The notes under the pieces were generated by a model that saw nothing but the letters and a program-made list of their open reading frames with translations, did not search any database and was not told the DNA's origin. The translations under genes were made by a program, and so were the position numbers. Below are positions 1 through 9,928 of a DNA stretch of 64,000 bases, piece after piece (the first letter of the stretch is position 1; each line of letters opens with the position of its first letter). Source of the stretch: Nitrospirota bacterium (GTDB taxonomy: Bacteria > Nitrospirota > UBA9217); assembly GCA_963737155.1 (NCBI GenBank), contig CAVTRN010000002.1, positions 544,001 to 608,000 of the forward strand, written 5' to 3'.

Positions 1-1033
1 TACATGCAGCATACGTTGTGTGCCAGACAAGATTGCCGAACCGGTCAGTCTCGGAAACAGCAATCTCTTTTTCGTTTACATCTACACCAATACATCCGAT
101 TTCTTGCGGTTTCCCGGTAATTGTTTCTCTTTGGGGGATATCAACTGAAGAATACAGATACCAACCCTTCTCGCCACGGACAAACCGGTGGGTGATTGCC
201 TGGCCGCGCAGGAGTGCCTGCTCAATATATTCCTGCCCGTAAGGATATGTTACGGTAGGCACCATGATGTGTTTACCGTATTTTTTGGCAAGATAGTTTG
301 GGACCCGTATCCTGAGCGACCCGTCGATGCCAAGCGTGCAGGTCTGGTTGCCGGCCGTTTCATCCTTCGATCCCAGACAAAACGATGAAGAGCTTCGGGC
401 AGCCTTCCAGGCAGACAGCCAGTTATTGTGGGATTTATAATCGTTTTCAGAAAGGTTAAACTGCTTGTGGAAAAGTTTCTTTGTCCCAAAGCAAATCCTG
501 CTTCGGCCTTTGTCCAAATCGTATTTCAGCTTTTCCAGTTTCTGCACCGATGAATGGAGCGTCCGTTTTTTGTTGTGGACCGCAAAACGGAGAGACTTCA
601 CGCTGGTCGTTTTCTCATATTCGGACAATTCCGTGTCTTTGCGTATGTCAATGATACTGTTCTCTCTGGTTTTAATCCATTTTCTCGCAGATTTTATTTT
701 GTGCTCGAGCTTTTCAACCCGTAGTTTTAATACCTCAACCGCGGAGCTGATATTGCCGTCAAGATCGTAGCGGATAGCGTTAAACTGCCGGGCGGTGATA
801 CCATACCTGACAAGATACTCATTTTTGAATGAAATGGGTTTGTTGCCGGAACGAACGCTGTCTTTAAAGAGAGAGCGTTTGATGTGCCCGTATGAGTCGC
901 CGATATCGTCAAGAACATGATAAAGAGACTTCTTTGTGTCCAGGTAAGACATGTCAATCAGCAAAGTTTGAGCGGTAAAAGAAAGTGCTTCACTTTTGCC
1001 GCTCTTGCCCATTTTATCCTTATTACTTGCCAT
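1..1033 (-). CDS. tnpB: TnpB-like RNA-guided nuclease, 5' part (truncated by window edge)
   Basis: ATG at 1033 overlaps the end of tnpA as in copy 2. Translation MASNKDK... matches 55749-57437, including RuvC-I IGVD. Confidence 0.9.
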   Translation of the reverse strand, partial: MASNKDKMGKSGKSEALSFTAQTLLIDMSYLDTKKSLYHVLDDIGDSYGHIKRSLFKDSVRSGNKPISFKNEYLVRYGITARQFNAIRYDLDGNISSAVEVLKLRVEKLEHKIKSARKWIKTRENSIIDIRKDTELSEYEKTTSVKSLRFAVHNKKRTLHSSVQKLEKLKYDLDKGRSRICFGTKKLFHKQFNLSENDYKSHNNWLSAWKAARSSSSFCLGSKDETAGNQTCTLGIDGSLRIRVPNYLAKKYGKHIMVPTVTYPYGQEYIEQALLRGQAITHRFVRGEKGWYLYSSVDIPQRETITGKPQEIGCIGVDVNEKEIAVSETDRFGNLVWHTTYAAC

Positions 1034-1589
1034 TTTCCATGGCCTCCAGAGCTTTTTTTGCTTTATTGGCCGCTGACCGGCGTCCGTAGAGCCTTGCGCA
1101 AAACGATGTCAATACTTCAATCATGTCCAGCACCAGATCGTCCTTACGTTCGGTCTGGTCTACAATAATAAGTTGACGACCTTGAGCTCGAAGTGCCGAT
1201 TCTACATACTCAGATCCAAACCGCATAAGCCGGTCACGATGCAAGGCGACAATAATACTGATGTTGGAGTCGGCAAGCAGCTTCATGAGTTTTGGCCTGT
1301 GCCCATTAAGACCAGATCCAACCTCAGACACCGCTTTTGAAACTGACAACCCTATGGAAGCGGCATATACGGAAAGCCGCCCGAGCTGCCCGTCCAGGTC
1401 TTTCTTTTGGTCATGACTGGATACCCGGGCATAAAGAGCAACAGAACCTTGGGCAGTTTTCTGCTCTTTTATAATGATGGTTCCGGTAGGCATCTGCTCA
1501 GCCTCAACCGGCAGCTTGCCAGCCTTCCACCATTTCCATGCCGCTTGATAGGTTATACCTTGTTGCTTTGCCCATACGCTTAGCTTCAT
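1023..1589 (-). CDS. tnpA: IS607 transposase (MerR-like HTH + serine recombinase)
   Basis: N-terminal HTH, catalytic YARVSS, EVGSGLNGHRPKL, RDRLMRFG, SFCARLYGRRS. Confidence 0.95.
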   Translation of the reverse strand: MKLSVWAKQQGITYQAAWKWWKAGKLPVEAEQMPTGTIIIKEQKTAQGSVALYARVSSHDQKKDLDGQLGRLSVYAASIGLSVSKAVSEVGSGLNGHRPKLMKLLADSNISIIVALHRDRLMRFGSEYVESALRAQGRQLIIVDQTERKDDLVLDMIEVLTSFCARLYGRRSAANKAKKALEAMENGK

Positions 1590-1691
1590 AAATACATTAT
1601 ATCATATAAAATTATATTATACAATATAAATATTAACAGTATTCCACCCTTTTTAATCAACAGCAAGTGCAGAAAAGCTCAGGACATATAT

Positions 1692-1920
1692 ATGAGACAA
1701 AAATGGTGTCGCCGGACTTTCTGTCGGTATAAAAGACCATATGAACGGCTATGATACCGAAGTTATCGAGATGCACACCTTGCCCGGCGGCCAATGCACG
1801 GCGTGGGATAGAAAAGGATACCGTTTCGACTACTGCCTGCACTGGCTGGTAGGAACCGCAGAAGGGCCGTTCAATGATATCTGGAGGATCGTCATTCGCT
1901 TTAATCGACTTCTTTTGTAG
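1692..1920 (+). pseudogene. N-terminal fragment of an NAD(P)/FAD-dependent oxidoreductase (phytoene dehydrogenase-like)
   Basis: Manual translation GVAGLSVG..MNGYDTEVIEMHTLPGGQCTAWDRKGYRFDYCLHWLVG. It is out of frame with the ATG at 1692 and stops early. Confidence 0.75.
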
Positions 1921-2050
1921 CAGGGATTTGCGGGAAGCGCTGCATTTCGACACGAGATTCACGGCTGTGCTATTGACCTCGGTGATCTAGAGGAGTACAT
2001 TTAATAAGACCTCCGGAATAATGCTATTATGAATGGAGGGGGTGATAGCA

Positions 2051-2254
2051 ATGAGGTACAGCATGACGTGCAGTTGTGGTGATGAGATAACGGCTCGGGC
2101 AAGGACAAGAGATAAAGCTGTCAAGAAGATGAAGGCTTTGCTGAACGAAGATGCGGTATACGAACACATGGCACAGAAACACCTCGGAGATGCGGTACCC
2201 GCCATCGAACACGTTCACGAGGTTATAGAGCAAAATCTGAAAGATTCCGCCTGA
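2051..2254 (+). CDS. small CxC/His-rich putative metal-binding protein (DUF1059-like)
   Basis: GGAGGGGG RBS; MTCSCG and HMAQKH motifs. Confidence 0.6.
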   Translation: MRYSMTCSCGDEITARARTRDKAVKKMKALLNEDAVYEHMAQKHLGDAVPAIEHVHEVIEQNLKDSA

Positions 2255-2827
2255 AATCCAGTAATACGCGTCTTCCGTAATCTTGATATAAAGTCATCCC
2301 TGCCGTATCCACGGTGCGCTAGCCATTGCCTTATATGTTTCGCTTACAAGGTACCTTCACTCGCGCTTAGGCTAGCAGAAGGCAGGAAGAATGATCTTTT
2401 CTTCCATCCAAGTTGACACCCTTGCATGTTGAGGCCGAAGGATTCATGAATTTCCTCGATCCGTATTCACCTTTTAAAAAAGGTGGAAAGGCCAGCCTAT
2501 CATGTCTCGAATATTCCTTGTTGGCCTGATGGAATGAAGTACACCCTTTCCGTAATTGAACTTTGCAGTAGTTGCGACTTATCGAACCCGTACAGTTTAT
2601 GCCGAATTCGTGATAGCAATCCCAATAATCCTTGACTGACCAAAACTTTTTTGCGATAATAAAAACTACTCTGTGACTTGAGTTTTTCGGCTATACGAGT
2701 CAGGAGGGGTGTTCCTTTTGAAATCAACTGTCACGGGCATAAGCACGTGGGTATCTACATATGACGAACACTCACCCGCGATGCACGGCGGATATACACG
2801 GTGAGGAACGGATAAGGAGATACCCTC

Positions 2828-3760
2828 ATGCCGAAAGCGAAAATTCTTTACATCGAAGACAGTGAGGCTCAAGGAACAATCACAAAGAAATTCTTAGAGG
2901 ACGGCGGGTATGAGGTGACCTGGGTCCACGAAGGGATGTCTGCTTTTCGAGTAGCTAAGACACAACCTGTCGATGTCATATTGCTCGACCGCGTTTTGCC
3001 GGATATGGACGGAAGCAGGGTGTGCGGTTGGCTCAAGCAAAATGAGCGTACCAGGGGAATTCCGATTATTATGCTCACGGCCATGAATACCACAGCTCAG
3101 AAAGTCCAGGGATTAGAGGCTGGCGCCGACGATTATCTTGCCAAACCGTATGAGGAAATAGAGTTGAGCGCCCGGGTGTATGCCGCATTGAGGACGAAGA
3201 ACCTCAGAGAGGAGCTGAGCCGGAAGAACGACGAATTGCAAATGATGATCAAGAAAGTCGAGGCCCTGTCTATTACAGACGCGCTGACCGGGCTTTTCAA
3301 CAGAAGACGGTTTGAGGAGGCGCTGGATTCGGAATTTAACAAAGCCAGCAGATACAAGTTACCCCTCAGTTGCATGATGGTGGACATTGACCACTTCAAG
3401 GACGTAAATGACACCTATGGCCATCCCGTTGGAGACGCGGTCATCAAAGACATTGCGTTGATCCTTAAGCAAAGCGTCAGAGGCGTAGATATGTTATCCC
3501 GCTGGGGCGGAGAGGAGTTTATCGTGCTTGCCCCGATGACGCCAAAAGAAGACGTGATGTATCTAGCGCGTAGAATCTTAAAAACAGTAGCCGATCACGT
3601 CTTTGCGGGTATGGGCGACAAGAGAGTGACCATTAGTATCGGAATCGCCGATCTATCCAGCCCCGGCAGCGACGCAGCATGTAGATTGGTCCAAGCGGCC
3701 GATAATGCCTTGTACGCGGCAAAAGATAAAGGGAGGAACAGAATTGAAACGGCGGGGTAA
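2828..3760 (+). CDS. REC-GGDEF response regulator diguanylate cyclase (PleD/WspR-like)
   Basis: REC (IEDS, LLDRVLPD, YLAKP), DALTGLFNRR, DIDHFKDVNDTYGH, RWGGEEF; AAGGAG RBS. Confidence 0.95.
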   Translation: MPKAKILYIEDSEAQGTITKKFLEDGGYEVTWVHEGMSAFRVAKTQPVDVILLDRVLPDMDGSRVCGWLKQNERTRGIPIIMLTAMNTTAQKVQGLEAGADDYLAKPYEEIELSARVYAALRTKNLREELSRKNDELQMMIKKVEALSITDALTGLFNRRRFEEALDSEFNKASRYKLPLSCMMVDIDHFKDVNDTYGHPVGDAVIKDIALILKQSVRGVDMLSRWGGEEFIVLAPMTPKEDVMYLARRILKTVADHVFAGMGDKRVTISIGIADLSSPGSDAACRLVQAADNALYAAKDKGRNRIETAG

Positions 3761-3906
3761 GAAATGACCCCTGCAGCGGAGCAGCAAGGGCAACATGAGA
3801 ACTTAAAACCTATTTGCTCACGATGCTGATTTATAGTCCTGAACTCCGACACTATGCAAATTATGGCATATAAGACTGGGTATTTACGAACCACAATCAG
3901 ATCGAT

Positions 3907-4329
3907 TTACTGGGGGGGTGGAACTATAACCACTCTATTTCGGCGATTTTCTGACCGGCCTTGTATGCCTAAGCCTTTTTTCCTGAAGGCCATTGTGTAA
4001 ATCCACACATTGACGATGATAAGAACGATGGTCGATACGAAGACGAGCGTGGTTGAGACATCAGCATAAACAAGCTGCTCTGCGTAGTGGGCGATGAACG
4101 AACCCGGATAAACTTGCGCCGTGCCCTGTTTTTCTCTAAGCCAGACCTCAAGATGCGTGAGAGGGCAGTACCATCCGAATATCTGACTGGCAACTGCGAA
4201 GCCAAATCCCGCCCCCTGAATCAGCATAACTTCACCTTTTTTTCTACCCCAGTACGCACCGCCAATGAGAAAAAGTATCCAGAAAAGATGGACAACAACG
4301 ACGATGTCTGCAAGGACTCGGTAAAACAT
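3907..4329 (-). CDS. DUF2784 membrane protein
   Basis: LADIVVVVHLFWILF, GWYCPLTHLE, SFIAHY motifs; GGAGG RBS. Confidence 0.8.
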   Translation of the reverse strand: MFYRVLADIVVVVHLFWILFLIGGAYWGRKKGEVMLIQGAGFGFAVASQIFGWYCPLTHLEVWLREKQGTAQVYPGSFIAHYAEQLVYADVSTTLVFVSTIVLIIVNVWIYTMAFRKKGLGIQGRSENRRNRVVIVPPPQ

Positions 4330-4558
4330 AAAATGTTCACCCTCCTGATATCGTCTAGTCCCGCGTCTTTTCCCGATGCGAAGCGTCCTGAAATTAAGGG
4401 GGATACTATGTGTATATATCCTCTTATATATTTTGATTGAGAGTCAGCAGGCGGTTGTGAACTCATATACCCTTCGTTGAAAGCGTTTTCATAACTTACA
4501 ATGGAATCTTGTTGAAGCAAGTAGGAAACTGTGTCAAAAGCCGGTAGCGGCCTGATTC

Positions 4559-5689
4559 CTACTCTTCTCCCAGCTCCATTATCGCGGCCAAATAACCCAT
4601 GATGTCCTTGAGGGAGATAATGCCTACAAGCCGCTCGTTTTTCACTACCATGAGCCTGCTGTTCCCCGTTTTCCCCATCATTGAAAGGGTCTGCAAGGCG
4701 TCGGCGCCGGACTCGACGCTGTTTTCGACTGAGCACCGGTCGAGCCGCTCACCCACTGTGTTGCGGTCCCATTCTTCCTGTGGAATTATCTTTACCCGCT
4801 GGGTTGTAATGCACCCGAGGAGTTTGTCGCCCTCCACAACAGGAAACATCTTGAAGTGGTACCGGTAAATGTAGGCTTCCACCAGTACCTTGATGGTGAT
4901 CGACGGCGGCGTAGTAACGGGTTGCGGGTTCATAAACCGTTCGACGGTCTTGCCTGCCAGCGCGTTGTGAAACATGGTCTGCCGGTAGGACGACTCGGCA
5001 GCGGAGCGGAGGAACATGCCTATCATGAACTGCCAGAGACCACCGATAACGTTGCCGAGGAAAAGATTCGCAACGCCGATAAGCATGAGGAAGACGCCGA
5101 AGCCCGATCCGATTTGCGATGCGATGCGCGTTGCCTTGCGCAGGTTCTTTTTCCAGTGCCACAAGGCTGCTCGAAGCACACGGCCGCCGTCAAGCGGGAA
5201 CGCCGGAACCATATTGAAGAGCGCAAGGATCCAGTTAATAGATGCCAGATATGAGAGCACGCCATAAGTGTCGATAGTAGACGCAGCACCCTTCATCAAC
5301 AATGCCGCGGCATAAAACACCATCCCGAGAACGACGCTGGAGATTGGGCCAGCCACTGCCATGAAAAACTCGGTCTTCGGGCTATGGGGCTCATCTGCCA
5401 TTTCCGCCACGCCTCCGAAGATAAACAGAGTGATGCCTCGCATGGGAAGACCGAACCGCCGGGCGACGAGTGAGTGGCAGAACTCATGGAACAGGATCGA
5501 GAAAAACAGGCCCGCAGCTCCGGCGATGCCCATCCACCAGTATCTGGCAGGGGCAAGGCCCTGATAATAATGAGGGAACAGGCCGACGGATAGCGACCAG
5601 GTGACGAGAGCGGCGAGAATCAACCAGCTCAGGTCAACGCGAACCTCGAAGCCGAGAAAACGAAACAGCTTGATGCGTTTTCCGAACAC
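4559..5689 (-). CDS. site-2 protease (M50) with C-terminal CBS pair
   Basis: HEFCH zinc motif, FNMVPAFPLDGGR, two CBS domains; GTG start after GGAGG. Confidence 0.92.
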   Translation of the reverse strand: MFGKRIKLFRFLGFEVRVDLSWLILAALVTWSLSVGLFPHYYQGLAPARYWWMGIAGAAGLFFSILFHEFCHSLVARRFGLPMRGITLFIFGGVAEMADEPHSPKTEFFMAVAGPISSVVLGMVFYAAALLMKGAASTIDTYGVLSYLASINWILALFNMVPAFPLDGGRVLRAALWHWKKNLRKATRIASQIGSGFGVFLMLIGVANLFLGNVIGGLWQFMIGMFLRSAAESSYRQTMFHNALAGKTVERFMNPQPVTTPPSITIKVLVEAYIYRYHFKMFPVVEGDKLLGCITTQRVKIIPQEEWDRNTVGERLDRCSVENSVESGADALQTLSMMGKTGNSRLMVVKNERLVGIISLKDIMGYLAAIMELGEE

Positions 5690-6411
5690 TGCCACCTCCC
5701 GAGTTTGTCTGCTATTCCTTATTATTATAACTCCCTTCGTCGTCGAGAGCATTCATCCCTGCGAGTATTCATGGCGGATTTTTCCAACCACTGACCTTAC
5801 CACTATGAATGTTTCATACAATTTTTACAGAGTTTTTAACGGGCTGCGGTGACGCAATAATCGATGGAGAGCGCAACATTTGTGAACTTAGCGGGTACAC
5901 TGCTTTGAGTTGAAATCTGGAATGTTGATACGCAACCTGTCCATCCGAGATTATTACTTTCTTGGGCGCCTTTTTAACGCCCATCCGAATTTATTCAAAA
6001 TATTTAGAGCCACATTTCCCTCGGTGTCGAGGCTGGAATGCAACGCATTGATATGACGGAGTAATTAAAAAATCTTTTGGGTCGTAACCGGTAAGCGGTT
6101 TGTTCGGCTGGATGAGTTTAAAAGAAGCAAGATAAATAGGTGTACTTGAATACTATTGTTTGCATGGAACGTACAAAGACGGTTATGCCCTTACTGGACT
6201 TGGGGTATCATGAAGAAAGAAGGGGTACTTGTTCTCTGTCAGGACGCCATGGTGCTCCTTGGCAGAAAACGAACCCCGTGCTTGGGATTTGTTTAGTACC
6301 CCATCGATGAGGAAATGTTAAAACCCGCACTCTTCATCCCGATCGTTAATGAAACCCCAATCCTCGTAACCGTTGAGGAACTTCCTCGTCGTTACCGCTG
6401 GAAGCCCTAAA

Positions 6412-6714
6412 TTAAAAGCCGGAAGCCTTTGAAAAAACGGTGGCCTGGTCATTCAGGAAATAAATATCAGGCTTGTCGATGACACCTGCTTTCTCCATAG
6501 TCTCCCTTAACTCCGCAGATTCAGAAAACGCCTTTGCACGGCCGATGTCTTTGGCCTCAAATAGAAGAATCACCTCATTTGTATCGTTTGCGCTGCGGAA
6601 AAGATGCTTCTCGGTAAGACCCGCCTCGATCCGCTTTGGAAGATGGGCATCGTAAGCTCGCTTCCATACAGAATAATCCCTGACTTTATGTCGAACAAGC
6701 ACATATGTAAGCAT
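6412..6714 (-). CDS. small conserved protein (ABM/cyclase-like ferredoxin-type fold)
   Basis: VRHKVRDYSVWK...MEKAGVIDKPDIYF; GGAGG RBS. Confidence 0.65.
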   Translation of the reverse strand: MLTYVLVRHKVRDYSVWKRAYDAHLPKRIEAGLTEKHLFRSANDTNEVILLFEAKDIGRAKAFSESAELRETMEKAGVIDKPDIYFLNDQATVFSKASGF

Positions 6715-7116
6715 TGATAACCTCCAATACTGCCGTTTTTTTGCCTTCTTCTGATTCAGTCCTTAAAAGACAACTGCCTCAACTAGCATTTCATCAATCG
6801 TAATTATATGCCTACTATAAAAATACCGCATATCTATGCGCTGTCAATACCACTTAAGTTTTGAAAAACATTTACATTAGGTCCGACATTCGAACCACTA
6901 CATAGTCTCATTCGGTTTTAGGAAAAACATAAAGCACCTTATATATGGGTCGGGCATGAGGTTAGACCTCCCCATTAAAATTCTGTGAGTGGCATCGGTA
7001 TAACTCATGTGTTTGAATAATGCGACAGTTCTCATTCCGAAAGGGAGGAGAAACGGGGAACGCAAACCATACCTTTGTGAGATACAGGAGATGTCAACTC
7101 GACTAAATACATTAGA

Positions 7117-8319
7117 TTACTGCAACGTGAAGTAGAACGTCGCGCCCTTCCCCACTTCAGCTTCAGCCCAGATACTACCACCGTGTCGGTGAATGATACG
7201 TTGCACGGTGGCCAGTCCGATACCTAGACCCGGAAAATCAGCGGTCTTATGAAGTCGCTGAAACGCATTGAATAATTTATTCGCGTATGCCATGTCGAAT
7301 CCAGCTCCGTTATCTCGGACAAAATATACGTCTCTGCCTCGCTTTTGCGTGACGCCGAATTCGATTCGCGCCGTTTCACACCTTCCTGTATACTTCCAGG
7401 CATTGCCAAGAAGGTTTTCAATCACGATATGCAGCATGGCGGAATCTCCATTGACGATTAGTCCGTCTGTGATGACGAGCTCCACATAACGGCCGGGTTG
7501 ACTTTTTCTGAGTTCTTCAGCCGTGGCCTGCGCTAACTGGCTCATATTCACCGGCATATAATTTATCTCGGTGCGTGTTAGCCTCGACACATTGAGCAGA
7601 GCGTCGATGAGCTGCCCCATCTTATTAGTGGCCTCACGTATGCGGTTGAGATAATCTTTACCATTGGCATCTAGCTTGTCTGCATATTCTTCAAGGATTG
7701 CGTGGCTAAAACCTCCAATGCTTCTGAGCGGAGCCCTCAAATCATGAGATACCGCATATGCAAAGGATTCCAGCTCTTTGTTCGTGATTTCCAGCTGCGC
7801 AGTACGATCAATGACGCGCTGTTCGAGTTCTTTGTTAAACTGTCGGATGCTTTCATCCGAAATTTTTCGTGAATTTGCCGCTCCGATAAGCCCGGCGATC
7901 GCTAAATAGAGATCAAGAGTATCCTTTGCCAGAGAGGTGGATGACCGGTGCCCCACCATCATCACAGCGACTGGCCGGTTTTCGTGAAGTATGGGCAAGA
8001 ATGCTGTAGCGATCGGATTCTTAGGTGAAAATGTAAAGAACGTGAGAAAACCGCTTTCAAAAACATCCCTCGCCGCTGCGATCACTTCCGGCTCAGATAT
8101 CTTTGTCGATGCGCCTCTTTCGGAAAATGCCCAGTGATTGATCTCAACGTCTCGATCATTACGGTAATTTACAAAGGTTACGACGTCGGCCCCAAATAGG
8201 TTAATGAGGACCCTTCCCGCCTCTTCCCAGATATCTTGTCCGGATGTCAGGCCGGCAAAATATTGCGCGGCATTTATAAACGCTTTTAACTGCTCTTTAT
8301 GAGAAAGTGATTTTATCAT
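7117..8319 (-). CDS. cytoplasmic sensor histidine kinase with GAF-like N-terminus
   Basis: HisKA SHDLRAPLR, NLLGNAWKY, DNGAGF, FQRLH, GIGLATV; no TM segment apparent. Confidence 0.92.
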   Translation of the reverse strand: MIKSLSHKEQLKAFINAAQYFAGLTSGQDIWEEAGRVLINLFGADVVTFVNYRNDRDVEINHWAFSERGASTKISEPEVIAAARDVFESGFLTFFTFSPKNPIATAFLPILHENRPVAVMMVGHRSSTSLAKDTLDLYLAIAGLIGAANSRKISDESIRQFNKELEQRVIDRTAQLEITNKELESFAYAVSHDLRAPLRSIGGFSHAILEEYADKLDANGKDYLNRIREATNKMGQLIDALLNVSRLTRTEINYMPVNMSQLAQATAEELRKSQPGRYVELVITDGLIVNGDSAMLHIVIENLLGNAWKYTGRCETARIEFGVTQKRGRDVYFVRDNGAGFDMAYANKLFNAFQRLHKTADFPGLGIGLATVQRIIHRHGGSIWAEAEVGKGATFYFTLQ

Positions 8320-8322
8320 GGT

Positions 8323-9924
8323 CTATGCCAAAGCAATCGGTTGGAGATAGAGATGCTCAAGGAAGAGGGTGTCGAAATCGGAACAGTTGGATAAACTTAC
8401 AATCACTGTACGACTCCTTAATTCCCGTAAACGGTCTTCTGCCTTGGGTAAGAGGAGTAAGGCCTCGCACCCGGAGAGTGACGTGTTCCCTGCGGTTACT
8501 ATCAGCTGTTCGGATATAGACGGCAGAAGCCCAATCTCCTGTGCATTGACAACATTGAGATATTGGCCGAAAACGCCACCAATGAATATGCGTCGTAACT
8601 CATGATATCCCATGCCCGCTTTCGTTAAGAGAACCTTGACACCTACTCCGATGGCGGCTTTGGCACGCTGGAACATGTCGATGTCTTTTTTGGTTAGAAC
8701 GATCTCCGGGTTGCCACGGCAAAGGGGAAAGCCGTATTCGGGAACGGACGGTGCAAATTGACCTTTATTGTTCAAGGTCCTGTTCCTGACGAGGCAGGCA
8801 AGCAGGTCAACTAAGCCGGAACCGCACAGACCTCGAGATTCAGCGCCGCCAATGACTTCGAATGCGAGTTCTTCTGGTGCATCCGAAACATTAACCCGGC
8901 AGATTGCACCCGGGTCTGCAGGTATCCCACAGCTTATGCCGCACCCCTCGAAAGCGGGACCGCCGGCAGCAGATGTCGCCCAAAGATTGTTCCCATCCCA
9001 TAGGGCCATTTCCGAATTGGTACCGAAATCAACTAAAAGGGTTCCAGGCTCACCTTCCATCAGTCGAGTTGATACGATGCCGGATAGAAGGTCGGAACCG
9101 ACAAAGCCCGCCAGAGGCGGAATGACCTCGATAGCCGTTTCGGGTTTAATACCCCAACTTACGCCCCAGGAGGCCATATCCGCAGGGAGGCAGTCAATAG
9201 ATTCGGTCCAATAGCGTGGATCGAGCAGATTGAGATAGTTTTTCCCCGTCAAGAGAGCAATCATCGCAGTATTACCCACTAGGACAATACGCGCCACTTG
9301 ACGCAGGTCAATTCCTTCTCTATAACTGATATCATTTAACCCATCACCTATTGCTTGAATAACCTGGCGGCTCAGCTTTTCAGCCTGATCGATGGATTTT
9401 GCTGCAATCAAGCGTGTCAGGACATCGGACCCCGATGATGCTTGAGGATTCGGACCGCGGCGTCCCGACAAGCGGCGGCCAGTGACAAGATCCAATAACG
9501 TAATTGATATGTGGGTAGTTCCGAGATCAACAGCTACTCCGAGGGAGTGTCTGAACTGCGAATAGGGCGCCCGTGGCTTGCTTGGGGGAGATGCTGTGCC
9601 CGTTCCTTCGCTAAGGTAACGCCAGACGGATGGGGGCGCCGGGCTGAGAATCTCAATCTGAAGATCGTGAATAGCTTTAACTTGGCAGGCAAGCCGCACC
9701 CCCTGAGAAAGTAACACGGTGCCGAGGCTGGCCAGTTCATTCAGGGAAGGTTCGTCAACATGTCCGGCTGCGATTCTGATGCGGCACAGGCCGCAGGCTC
9801 CCGTGCCGTTACATCCGGCACGGACCCGAATGTCAGCTTCATCGAGGACATCACGGACAGAACGACCGGACACAAACGTTATGTGCCGATCTTTATCTGA
9901 TAGTTTTACGGTTAGAATCGGCAC
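8323..9924 (-). CDS. RACo/RamA-type ATP-dependent corrinoid reductive activator (2Fe-2S + ASKHA)
   Basis: CNGTGACGLC...RLACQ ferredoxin; AVDLGTT, GFVGSD, VDFGTNSEM, AAGGPAFEG, GLCGSG. Confidence 0.92.
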   Translation of the reverse strand: MPILTVKLSDKDRHITFVSGRSVRDVLDEADIRVRAGCNGTGACGLCRIRIAAGHVDEPSLNELASLGTVLLSQGVRLACQVKAIHDLQIEILSPAPPSVWRYLSEGTGTASPPSKPRAPYSQFRHSLGVAVDLGTTHISITLLDLVTGRRLSGRRGPNPQASSGSDVLTRLIAAKSIDQAEKLSRQVIQAIGDGLNDISYREGIDLRQVARIVLVGNTAMIALLTGKNYLNLLDPRYWTESIDCLPADMASWGVSWGIKPETAIEVIPPLAGFVGSDLLSGIVSTRLMEGEPGTLLVDFGTNSEMALWDGNNLWATSAAGGPAFEGCGISCGIPADPGAICRVNVSDAPEELAFEVIGGAESRGLCGSGLVDLLACLVRNRTLNNKGQFAPSVPEYGFPLCRGNPEIVLTKKDIDMFQRAKAAIGVGVKVLLTKAGMGYHELRRIFIGGVFGQYLNVVNAQEIGLLPSISEQLIVTAGNTSLSGCEALLLLPKAEDRLRELRSRTVIVSLSNCSDFDTLFLEHLYLQPIALA

Positions 9925-9928
9925 TAAA

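Larger units (their letters stand above)
1..1646 (-). mobile_element. IS607-family element, copy 1 (runs off the window start)
   Basis: Near-identical reverse complement of 55136-56781. Identity begins at AGGG|TGGAATAC, 57 bp upstream of tnpA in both copies. Confidence 0.93.

Noticed and set aside
6140-6410. Protein-like frame with an internal TAG (…GFV*YPIDEE…)
   Set aside because: No recognisable family or clear start; cannot distinguish a relic from chance.
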